DNA of 64,000 nt from positions 10,739-74,738 of the forward strand of contig JAUSNP010000004.1 in the NCBI GenBank assembly GCA_030645735.1, given 5' to 3'. How positions within the stretch are numbered: the first letter of the stretch is position 1; each line of letters opens with the position of its first letter. The notes under the pieces were generated by a model. It was not told the DNA's origin. It searched no databases and saw nothing but the letters and a program-made list of their open reading frames with translations. Origin of the DNA: Candidatus Moraniibacteriota bacterium (lineage in GTDB: Bacteria > Patescibacteriota > Minisyncoccia > Moranbacterales > UBA2206). Made by a program: the position numbers and the translations under genes. Shown piece by piece: positions 21,201-30,800 of this stretch.

Positions 21201-24200
21201 CTTTGTGAATCACTCGAATTTACTAAGAATCCCCAAGCATCCGTTCCTCCACTTTTTACATTCAGTTTCGCCCCCGGATTCGTCGTTCCTATGCCGACGT
21301 TGCCGTTTATATTATCTACCGCAAAGACCGTACCGGAGTTATCATATTTTTTGATGTAGCTAACACCATTAGTTTCAAGATGCGTTATTAATGTTGCTTG
21401 TCTATATAAATCCAGTCCCCCATATCCAGAACCGCTACTCGTATCCAATATCCTTGCATATGAGTAACTAGCATCACCAACGGAAAATTTAGCCAAAGGA
21501 TTCGTCGTCCCGATGCCGACGTTGCCGTTATTTGCTATTCTCATCCGTTCTACCTCTGAAGTATTTCCAGTACTAAAAGTGATTGGATAGGTTCCTCCTG
21601 CACCATATCCTCCAATCGCCCTTAATGTCAATCCATAAAATGATTCTATTCTGGAAGTAGGTCCACCTTTTATGCTGATATATTGATCTCCACTTTGAGT
21701 AGCTGATACCCTAATTCCACTGTCGCTAACCAGGTGCAGACTTGTACTTGGACTCACCGTCCCGATGCCGACGTTGCCGTTAGCTAAGACGTTTATGCCA
21801 GAACCAGCGGTGGCACCATAAAAACTTCCAATATTTATATAATTAGATGCGCTTCCGTCAGAAACATGATTATATGCAACACCACCCCTATTATTAGCCG
21901 ACGCTTCTTTACCAAGTACCATATAAGCATTTCCTCCATTGGAGATATTTGGCGTTAAGCCCTGCATGATTCCAATGGACCCTGCTGAAGTAACATTATT
22001 AGTTGCTATCATTATTGTATTAGCCCCTGAAAAAGAACCGGCCACGGATAAAGGGGATCCCGGACTCGTCGTTCCAATGCCGACGTTGCCTTCTGGAGTA
22101 ATCCGCATCTTTTCAGATGAACCTGGAGCAAAAATTTGGCCTACAGAAGAATACAAAAACGAACCTGCACTAGTAATATTGATTGACCCAGCTCTTGTGC
22201 CATCGCCCCAAGCTATTTTTTGAGATGCATATCCCGTAGAACCAACAGAACCTATTTGTAATGAAGATACTGGTGCCGTCGTCCCAATGCCGACGTTGCC
22301 ATTAGATGCCTTGATAAGCATGTTATTTATAACGGAAGAACCATTCCAACTTTTCCAACTATAATCAGCTGCTGCTGAATAAAAATTGTCAAAATAAACT
22401 TTTGTTCCGTTGGTCCATTCGAAAAACTGACTCGTGTCCGAAAAACGCAAATTACCATTGACTTCTAATTTTTGGTTTGGTGCCGTCGTCCCAATGCCGA
22501 CGTTGCCACCGGAAATAATCCTCATCGCTTCGGTTGTGCCCGGTGAAAAAATTATAGCACCCGTTGTTAGTGTATTAAGCGTGAAATTCGCTCCATTGGA
22601 TTGCGTCAAAATTCCATTAGCTCTTATATTTGTATCGGACCAGACCGAACCAGAACTGCGAATGTTACCTGTAACTTGCAATGGGTACCCCGGACTCACC
22701 GTCCCCACCCCCACATTCCCTGTTGTTGCATCCACAAAAAGTTTTCCTGAGTTAACATTCAAGTTGCCAGCCAAATCTAGGCTACCTGTTCCATACACAT
22801 TTCCATCCACATGCAATCGGTAACCATTCGCATCATTAGACCCAATCGCCACATCCCCCGTCTCTCGGTAAATATTCCCGCCTGATTCTCCCCACCAATT
22901 GGCGTTGACTGAGCCAGGAGTTAGATAGGCTCCATTAGTTGCGTCATAGAAATTGGTAGCTCTGACCGTGCCAGCTACTTCCAACTTAGTGGTCGGAGTG
23001 ATGCCAATACCCACATTGCCAGCAAGATTGTAAGCTACATCCGAACCAGTCTTGGTCCAGAAGTTTTCACCCAATTTTAATCCGTTCCAATAGACATCTC
23101 CAGCTACATTGTAAAGCTTGTCGACAGTGTCAACTGGCGCGGTGGTTTGGCGCAAATGCACGCGACCGTTGATGTCGAGAGTTTCGGTGGGAGTGTTAGT
23201 CCCCATTCCAATGTTGCCAGTTTCGCGATAGATATTGCCTGCGGTTTCTCCCCAGTAGTTAGTTGAGACACTATCAGAAGTTAGATAGATGCCACCCGGC
23301 AACATAAAGGCATCCGCTTTGACGGTGCCAGTCACTTGCAGTTTGGTGCTCGGACTATTGGTGCCAATACCTAGACGTTTGTCAGTGTTGTTCCAAAACA
23401 GTTCTGAGTCAGAGGCAAATGTGCCGTTGTCATTCCATTGCAATTGCCCCGTGGTGCCACCTGGGATGATTTTGGCTGTCCAACTCAAATTGCCATTGCC
23501 GTCAGTGGCAATGAGTTGATCCGCGCTACCATCACTAGTTGGCAGCGTGTAGGCGCCAGCAATGAGAATCGTCTCAACATGCAAGGTGCCTTGCACTTCG
23601 GCGTCGTTGGAAATCACTAAATCGCCAGTCTGAGTTAGACCGTGTTTGGAATTGTTGTTGCCAATGAAAATAGGTGAAGCGCCGATTAGACGATGGGCGT
23701 AGATGGTGTTCCAGCTTTTGCTAGAGTTACCAAGATTGTAGGAGAGATTATCATTAGGAATAATATCCTTGGTAGTGGTGGTACCTTCTACTGTTAAATC
23801 GCCTTCACTCCCTGAGAGAGTTAGGGCGCCACTGATTTCTCCGCCATCACTGGAAACTTTGCCATTGATAGATTCGGTTAGATTTTTGGAAGTGTCAGTG
23901 ATAGATTGGGTAAGCGTTTCTTTGCTGGAAGCAATAGTTTTGGACAGATCTGTTCTGGTTGAATCCAAAGCGCCAGAGAGATTGTCAGAAGTTTTGTTGA
24001 TGGCGCTTTTAGCTAGATTGAAAAAGGAACTGTTAGCTTGCAGTTGTTCACCCGAAAGTTTTGTCAGAGCAATCCTGCCTTGACTCACCGTGAACATACC
24101 ATCAGCCACTGCGTCCGTGATTGGATAGAAAGCTTGCGGGTAGGTGAAGACGGAAAATAGCAAGAGGAAAATGAAAATGAAGAAAGTGGCGTAGAGACTT

Positions 24201-24610
24201 TTTCTCGTTAGTTGTTTGACTGTTTGCTGATAAGTGCCTCGACCGATTTGATAGAGCCGGATGACATAGGTGATGAGTCCGATGGCCAGGGTGATCACTG
24301 CTACATACGCAGCCAGAAAAAAATATGTTTCTAAGGAAAAGAAGTTGCGAAAAATAGTGAAGAAATTTAGCAATGGCGCCCAAGCATTTGGAAAAAAGAC
24401 GATAAACAGAATGAGGATAGCGAGGGAGAGTTTGAAAGCCAGCTTCAAGAAAAAGCCATGTTTTACGAGAGCTTCATACAGAATGTGATCTTTGCGGTTT
24501 TTAATGTATAGCCAGAGAGCAAAGGAGATAAGTAGAATAAAGGGTGAAACAGCAATGGTGCTGGTGATCAGATTAGCCAGTGATTCATATTGAGAAAGGA
24601 ATTTGAGCAA
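18281..24610 (-). CDS. Giant membrane-anchored fibre protein 2 (2109 aa) with many GNVGIGTT modules; 5' end appears frameshifted (ancestral start 24696)
   Basis: N-terminal TM bundle homologous to protein 1, more than 12 GNVGIGTT repeats typical of tail-fibre-like trimeric proteins, shared C-terminus. Confidence 0.85.
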   Translation of the reverse strand: MLKFLSQYESLANLITSTIAVSPFILLISFALWLYIKNRKDHILYEALVKHGFFLKLAFKLSLAILILFIVFFPNAWAPLLNFFTIFRNFFSLETYFFLAAYVAVITLAIGLITYVIRLYQIGRGTYQQTVKQLTRKSLYATFFIFIFLLLFSVFTYPQAFYPITDAVADGMFTVSQGRIALTKLSGEQLQANSSFFNLAKSAINKTSDNLSGALDSTRTDLSKTIASSKETLTQSITDTSKNLTESINGKVSSDGGEISGALTLSGSEGDLTVEGTTTTKDIIPNDNLSYNLGNSSKSWNTIYAHRLIGASPIFIGNNNSKHGLTQTGDLVISNDAEVQGTLHVETILIAGAYTLPTSDGSADQLIATDGNGNLSWTAKIIPGGTTGQLQWNDNGTFASDSELFWNNTDKRLGIGTNSPSTKLQVTGTVKADAFMLPGGIYLTSDSVSTNYWGETAGNIYRETGNIGMGTNTPTETLDINGRVHLRQTTAPVDTVDKLYNVAGDVYWNGLKLGENFWTKTGSDVAYNLAGNVGIGITPTTKLEVAGTVRATNFYDATNGAYLTPGSVNANWWGESGGNIYRETGDVAIGSNDANGYRLHVDGNVYGTGSLDLAGNLNVNSGKLFVDATTGNVGVGTVSPGYPLQVTGNIRSSGSVWSDTNIRANGILTQSNGANFTLNTLTTGAIIFSPGTTEAMRIISGGNVGIGTTAPNQKLEVNGNLRFSDTSQFFEWTNGTKVYFDNFYSAAADYSWKSWNGSSVINNMLIKASNGNVGIGTTAPVSSLQIGSVGSTGYASQKIAWGDGTRAGSINITSAGSFLYSSVGQIFAPGSSEKMRITPEGNVGIGTTSPGSPLSVAGSFSGANTIMIATNNVTSAGSIGIMQGLTPNISNGGNAYMVLGKEASANNRGGVAYNHVSDGSASNYINIGSFYGATAGSGINVLANGNVGIGTVSPSTSLHLVSDSGIRVSATQSGDQYISIKGGPTSRIESFYGLTLRAIGGYGAGGTYPITFSTGNTSEVERMRIANNGNVGIGTTNPLAKFSVGDASYSYARILDTSSGSGYGGLDLYRQATLITHLETNGVSYIKKYDNSGTVFAVDNINGNVGIGTTNPGAKLNVKSGGTDAWGFLVNSSDSQRLAGIYEESDTRATFAFYNATDSQTIRLDTGGNSYFNGGNVGIGTTAPGSKLHIAGGDFQIGPVGGSQIYLRGITGGDLSFNRNPSTGVISNASAFSYQLHRTESTTAESDYLGWQVYNPAGAGVTTSALVINGNGNVGIGTTSPVSQFQIDGVSAGIRLRRNAGNEPFILLTNTTETSGGQIRGLDGAYGLRFTDPFSAEYMRINSSGNVGIGTSAPGAKLDVNGTTLTSKLSSWGSTYTSGGNYLFTNSFGGATIEQTPPMNDYIGNQLMFADAKGFAITSSGSISSVSSAFRQGDTYATITNTTLPIVVEVTGSIPSDTDVGSQRVFLQAHGNISGHLLVEIKKFDDTWVTLADEDISIASKAYWFSQPVTNVAPYPAAWAIKGVRYSITSLTEATTYIRQLGWYKKNGFIYPFLSEYNPSAYGNLTFNQTGNHDITASSGTLRLGTHTLLGAVTGNAQSITGLGQLTVDNLRIDGNTIDATSGAITISPTAGSNLNIGLSGAGDFAVNTNQLYVDTSAGNVGIGTTSPTYNLHVVGNAFVSTVMNQNQLSVGAIGGLSGVRAYVLTASDTVKGLVIRANSATQSANLQEWQDSVGNVLSVVDKNGNIGIGTVTPTAKLDVVGQAIASDGFIQKTNAGACTDALFTTDTDGQICLDSTAGVERMYFRTGGAWSYIAKTGGFQIPNYEVAPLNQLSQSTLKGVTPNELTHFQNYLTQQITPGELLIPYADSTLQDGAIHGLYARFADVKNQMFQEEKTQIENLNLQVTGNITTVAELKNSINTQLGSIEKSLSEITNNQDTITKQISNINTQITNDEIRIATLENLATTLQAQITTLQSQIATPVNIAQIDANTQSIDYLNQLLGITPTSKVGDITIVGKLTSQITETGLLTIAVNDKTAATIGEAIIKAGDTSVKVDTTAISADSKVFVTSEKPVEIGVNTIQKGASFKIEIGKVLLEDLQINWWIVDKK
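19355..22507 (-). repeat. Array of 11 near-identical 24-bp in-frame repeats GGCAACGTCGGCATCGGGACGACG
   Basis: Copies begin (plus coordinates) at 19355, 19613, 20555, 20774, 21065, 21281, 21503, 21755, 22067, 22277, 22484. Confidence 0.9.
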
Positions 24611-24765
24611 AGCGAAGATGCAAAAACCACAAAGACCAGAAAACGGCTTGTGTGTAGATTGTATTTTTCAAAAACATTGCCTCCGTTAGCTTGCATGAGT
24701 TTTTGTTTTTTATAGCCAATATCTGGCAATGTATGATTGCTCAGAAAAGGCTTTTATCTGATTGA

Positions 24766-24805
24766 ATTATACCACAAAAATGGGTATGCAGGGGGGTGTG
24801 GATAA
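24766..24805 (-). promoter_or_regulatory. Extended -10 promoter with adjacent DnaA box
   Basis: TGTGGTATAAT (-10 at 24771-24766); TTATCCACA at 24805-24797. Confidence 0.6.
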
Positions 24806-24824
24806 CTTTGTGAGGGGGGAGTGA

Positions 24825-24856
24825 AAAAAGCGATTGCCTTATAGCAATCGCTTTTT
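24825..24856 (-). terminator. Intrinsic terminator after giant gene 3
   Basis: aaaaagcgattgc-cttata-gcaatcgctttt. Confidence 0.8.
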
Positions 24857-24874
24857 ATATCCTAAGTTGTGAGG

Positions 24875-27800
24875 TTATTTAGAATCAACCAACCACCAGT
24901 TGAATTTCAGATCTTCAACCGAAGGAATTTTAATTTTCACGATAAAGCCCTCTCCGGCATTTATCTTTGTAACGGCCAACGGTTGATCAGTGACTATCAT
25001 TGAAGTCACAAAAACCTTGCTATCCCCACTCACCGCTTTCGTGTTGACTGTCACCGAAGTATCCCCAGCCTTGATAGTGGCTTCTCCGATAGTAGCCTTG
25101 TCTTTGTTTTTTGGATCGACGGTGATGATGATGGAGCCAGTCTCAGTGATTTGCGAGGTCAATTTACCAACAATTGTAATGTCGCCAGCCTTGCTAGTGT
25201 CTGTGATGCCTAGGAGTTGGTTCAAATAATCTATGGATTGGGTGTTGGCATCAATCTGGGCGATGTTGACCGGTGTAGCAATTTGGGATTGCAAGGTGGT
25301 GATTTGTTGTTGAAGAGTTTCTGTTATTGTCTGTAGAGACGCAATATTTTGCGTCTGTGCGTTGATTTGATCATTGATATTTGAAATTTGTTTGGTGCTT
25401 GTATCTTGGTTATTGGTTATTTCGCTTAGACTTTTTTCAATCGAACCAAATTGGGTGTTAACAGAATTTTTTAGTTCTGCCACTGTGGTGATGTTGCCCG
25501 TGACTTGCAGATTTAGATTTTCAATCTGCGATATTTGCTCTTGGAACATCTGATCTTTCACATCGGCAAATCTGGCATAGAGTCCATGGATAGCTCCGTC
25601 TTGAAGAGTGGAGTCAGCGTATGGGATGAGGAGTTCTCCAGGAGTGATTTGTTGAGTTAGATAGTTTTGGAAATGAGTGAGTTCATTGGGAGTGACACCT
25701 TTGAGGGTGTTTTTAGAAAGTTGGTTAAGTGGGGCGACTTCGTAGTTGGGAATTTGGAAACCTCCAGTCTTAGCAATATAGCTCCAAGTGCCTCCAGTTC
25801 TAAAGTAGAGTCTTTCAGTGCCTAGGGTTGTATCAAGACAAGTGAGGCCGTCAGTAGCTGTGGTGAAAGTTAAATCAGTACAAGCGCCGGCGTTGGTTTT
25901 TTGGATGAAGCCGTCGGAGGAGGTGGTTTGGCCGACAACATCCAGCTTGGCAGTTGGATTGCTTGTACCAATCCCAATATTTCCAGCGGATGTTATTCTC
26001 ATTTGCTCTGCAACAACAGTGCTACCAGTTCTAAAAACTAAATCAGTTGGAACACTATCAGCAACTACAGTTCCATTTACTATTGCAAAAATAGTAGCTC
26101 TCTGCGTATAGGCTGTTCCATATCCAAAAAAACCTACAGAACCAATATAGTCTCCATTAGCTAAAGTAGATGGTGACAATATTGTCCCCCTTGATTTTCT
26201 TAGATTTAAAAGTGCAGAATGTACGCTTGAAGCATGTTGTGACGAAGTTATACCTCTGTCTGCACTAACAGTGTCAGAAGATGTTACATGTAATTCTCCA
26301 ACTGGAGAATTAGTACCAATACCAACATATCCAGTCGTACTATTAACAATAAAATTGTGTGAGTTAGTCCCTCTGCTTACCAAAAAACCTTTGTTTGCTG
26401 GGATATAAAATCCTGCATACGCTCCCTCCAATGTAAAAGAATCATTAATTCCTACTTGAAAATCTGCATTTTCTGTCCATGCTGTTGGTTTAAATCTTAG
26501 CGCTGGATAAGTTGAAGAAAGTTTTATATTACCAAGTATGTCTAATTTTTCAGCAGGGACAGTTACACCCATTCCTATTCTCCCATTACTTGTTATTCTC
26601 ATACCCTCGACTGGTGTACCCGCACTATAAGAATTTAGCAATAATGAAGATGTATTATCTGCCCCAACTCTTAACGCCTGAATTGAACCAACAGCATTCG
26701 CTACACCAGCACTATCTTTAATTTGGAAAGTGAGAGAAGAGCCAAATCCATCAACCATATCACCTGACGTAGTGTGTCTTACAAACAAAGCTGAAGCTAC
26801 GGAATTTGTAATAGCAGTTGCCCTTTCTAGCGTAATTATTTCAGAAGCACCACTAATTACATGTAACTTGCTTTCAGGAGCAGTCGTGCCGATGCCGACG
26901 TTGCCAGTTGGTTTAATTGTCATAGCAGTAATCTCGGCAGTATTAGAAGAGACTCTAAATTGCATGTTTGCTGGATTATAAAAAGTAGAACCAGCAGTGC
27001 CATCTTGTTGAACAATAATTCTAGCAGCTTGACCAAAAGTATTAACAGAAGTAACTCCGCCAAATTGAAAAATACCTAAATAATCTCCATCTTGTGTTGT
27101 AACCATAGAACCAGCTGTTGTTCCACGTGTTTTTAACCAACTTCCATAGGAAGCATTACCATCATTACCAAATTTTGTAATTTGAAATTGGTCTCCTAAA
27201 CCACTACCAGCTACTTCTAGTTTATATGCGGGCGCCGTCGTCCCGATGCCGACATATCCGTTTGTTCTTAGTAAAGTCATTACCGTGGATTTTAAAGCAC
27301 CTGCGTCCGTTCGACTGACAAATTCTAAATTTGTGCCAACATCGCTACCAGATTCTGCTACACTATTTGCTCTGATTATCCACCTAGAAAGTCCCCCTGA
27401 AGAAAACATCAAATCACGTGACTGTCCCGCTGCCGAATTAATCATAGCTGATACATATCCACCGTTACCATCTACCTGCAGTAAAGATGTGGGCGTTGCT
27501 GTTCCAATACCAACACTACCATTGAATGCCACTATGTCAGTTGAAAAATCTCCATAAATCAAAGGCGAGGCAGTGTTAGAGTTGTCGATATATAATTTGT
27601 TTGAACCAGTTTCGCTGTAGCCAGACTTATATCCAATAAATATATTGCCTGAACCAAGTACTGAATATCCAGCTTGGTAGCCAACTCCTGTATTATAGTT
27701 GCCAATGATGTTGGAGTAGAGAGTATCCACACCATTAGCAGTATTGAAGGAGCCTGTGGTATTAGAAAAAAGAGTATGCCTACCATTGGCAGTATTATAG

Positions 27801-30800
27801 GAACCTGTGGTATTGACATAGAGAGCATTCATACCATTGGCGGTGTTTTGAAGCCCCGTAGTGTTAGTATAGAGTGCTTGTCCACCATTGGCAGTATTTT
27901 CTTGGCCCGTAGTATTGAATCGGAGAGCTCTATATCCATTAGCTGTATTTACGCCACCCGTAGTATTAGAGTTTCCAGCCTGATAACCCGTGAAAGTATT
28001 CCAATTTCCCGTATTAACATTCCCTGCTTGATAGCCAAGAAAGGTTGAAAATCTTGCATCATCAAAATTAATCAGTCCACTAACTTGCAAGCTATTATTT
28101 GGCGTTGTAGTTCCAATGCCGATGTTGCCTGTTGCATTTACTACCGTTAATAAAGCTGTGCCGCTTGAATTACTAACAATTATATTTCCACCTAACTCTG
28201 GTGCAAATAAAAAATTATTGCTGTTGTCGATTCCAAAATACCCCTGACGAGCCGTATTATTATAAAATTCGATATAATTCCAACCGCCCGTGGTCTTACG
28301 CAATCTAATAGGATTATCAGTTGTGCTCGAAATTTCTAATTTTGCCCCTGGCGTCGTTGTCCCGATGCCAACATTTCCACTGCTTGCTTGAATATACATA
28401 CGATCAGTGGCACCGGCGTTGAATCGCATATTTATTGAATTAGCCGAGCCCATACTTAGTGTGCCGCTAGTGCTATTTCCATCATGCGTAAAAAGCGCAG
28501 CCCCGCCAAGACGGACATATTGATTCTGAGCTAGATTTAAATCGCCACCGCCAATGTCCAACTTGTATGCTGGATTCGTCGTTCCAATTCCAACATTGCC
28601 TCGCAAAATTGTTTCCACGACAGAGGCGTTGCCCAGCACTACTTGATTGCTAGCGGTGGTATAGGCGCCATTGCCCAGTGCCATGGAATTTGTAGCATCA
28701 ACTTTTTGCGAAGCATTGTTGCCAGCACTATTTCCCAAAAATGTATTGTATGTCCCAGTTGTAATTGAAAATCCAGATTGATAGCCCATAGCCGAATTGT
28801 TATCAGCAATAGTATTGCGCAAAGAATATGGACCAATTGCTACATTTGAAGAACCCAAGACATTCATTCTAAGCGCTTCTGAACCAACTGCTACATTATA
28901 TGCTCCAGAAGTATTGGCATACAGAGTATATGAACCAATTGCTGTATTCATCATCCCCGTGTTATTTGGCCCAAGAACATAAACTCCCAAAGCAGTATTA
29001 TAATTGCCAGTATTATTGACACTCGCTCCAGCGCCTATCAATGTTGAGTTCTTCGCACTATCAAAATTAATCAATCCTGCCACCTGCAAAAGATTATTTG
29101 GCGTAGTCGTGCCAATACCCAAGCTTCCATTGACGGCCAAAATATTGGTTGAAAAATCTCCATAAATCAAAGGCGTGGCCGTGTTGGAATTGTCGATATA
29201 CAATTTGTCTGATCCAGTTTCGCTGTAACCAGCTTGGTAACCAAGAAAGATGTTGCCAGAGCCAAGCGCTGAATATCCAGCTTGATAACCAAAGCCAATA
29301 TTATTGCTGTTGGTACTAATGTTCCTAAGAGTTTCCTGGCCTATGGCATAATTATTAGAACCAGTCGTGTTTGAAATAAGCGCATACAAGCCAATAGCGA
29401 TATTACTGTTTCCAGAAGTATTTGAATAAAGAGCCATATTGCCCATGGCGGAATTATATGATCCAGTAGTGTTAGAATACAATGCCAGTGGCCCAAAGGC
29501 AGAATTATATGAGCCAGTAGTATTAGAAAAAAGGGCGCTATTTCCCAAAGCTGAATTATAAAATCCAGCAATGTTTGCACGAAGCGCTTGGTTTCCTAGA
29601 GCTGAATTATAACCACCTGTAGTGTTTGAAAAGAGAGCTAGATAGCCAATTCCCGTGTTATCATTATTCGTCAAATCATCCACTTTTCCAGCATCTTCAC
29701 CGAAATAGGTTGACCGTCCTAGCCCAGTTTGTGAAACCCGTCCGTTAATGGTTAGTTTTGCTCCAGCAGTTGAAGCGCCGCTAATTCCTACTGTGCCATT
29801 TATGGTCAGTGCATCGGTTGAAAAATCTCCATAAATCAAAGGCAACGCTGTATTGGAATTGTCGATATACAATTTGTTTGAACCAAGTTCATTATAGCCA
29901 GCGTTATAGCCAACAAAAATATTGCCCGAACCAACAGAATTTTGAAATCCTGCCCCATTGCCAACACCAACGTTGCTATTTCCAGTAGTATTGCCCCGCA
30001 AAGCATCTACGCCGACAGCCGAGTTATAGCTACCCGTCGTATTGGAATAAATAGCATACACTCCGAAAGCAGAGTTGTATCCACCAGCAGTATTATATCT
30101 GAGAGCTCTCATCCCAAACGCAGAATTACTCCAGCCATCAATGTTATACATCATGGACTGATAACCTACAGCTACATTATTTTGACCAGCAGTATTGCGA
30201 TTAAGAGTTTGATATCCGACTGCAATATTATTTGAAGCTGTATTACTATAAAGAGTACCTGTTCCAATGGCAATGTTATAACCACCTGTGTTAGAATATA
30301 GCGCCTGATATCCCACAGCTATATTGTCTTGACCCGTGGTATTTAACGCCCCAGCCTGATAGCCCACAAAGGAGTTATGAATTCCAGCATTCGCATTCCC
30401 CGCTTGATAACCAAGGCTTGTGGAATATAGGGAGTTATTAAAATTTATAAGTCCCGCTACTTGAAGAAAATTATTTGGCGATGAAGTTCCAATGCCAAGA
30501 TTACCAGCAAAATATCCATTACCGCTAGCATCGAGCTTGAATTTATTGACGCTATTAACATTGAAATCCAAGAAGTCGCCACTGAATGAGCCAGAGCCGT
30601 TGGCGAAATTCATATTGATACCATCTCCAGAAAAAGCGGAGGTTGTCTGAGATAAACTCAAAGCATTTCCGGTTGTTACTCCACTCTGATATAAATATAT
30701 CCCGCTTGAACCTGATGCAACAGTCGATAACTCAAGCGCGGTATTGCTTATATTTTGATTTATTGTAAGGGCTGCGCCTTGTGCATTGTTTGTAAAAACT

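Noticed and set aside
19355..22507. CRISPR array interpretation of the 24-bp repeats
   Set aside because: Spacers are 180-900 bp, in frame within a CDS, the repeat is not palindromic, and no cas genes are present.
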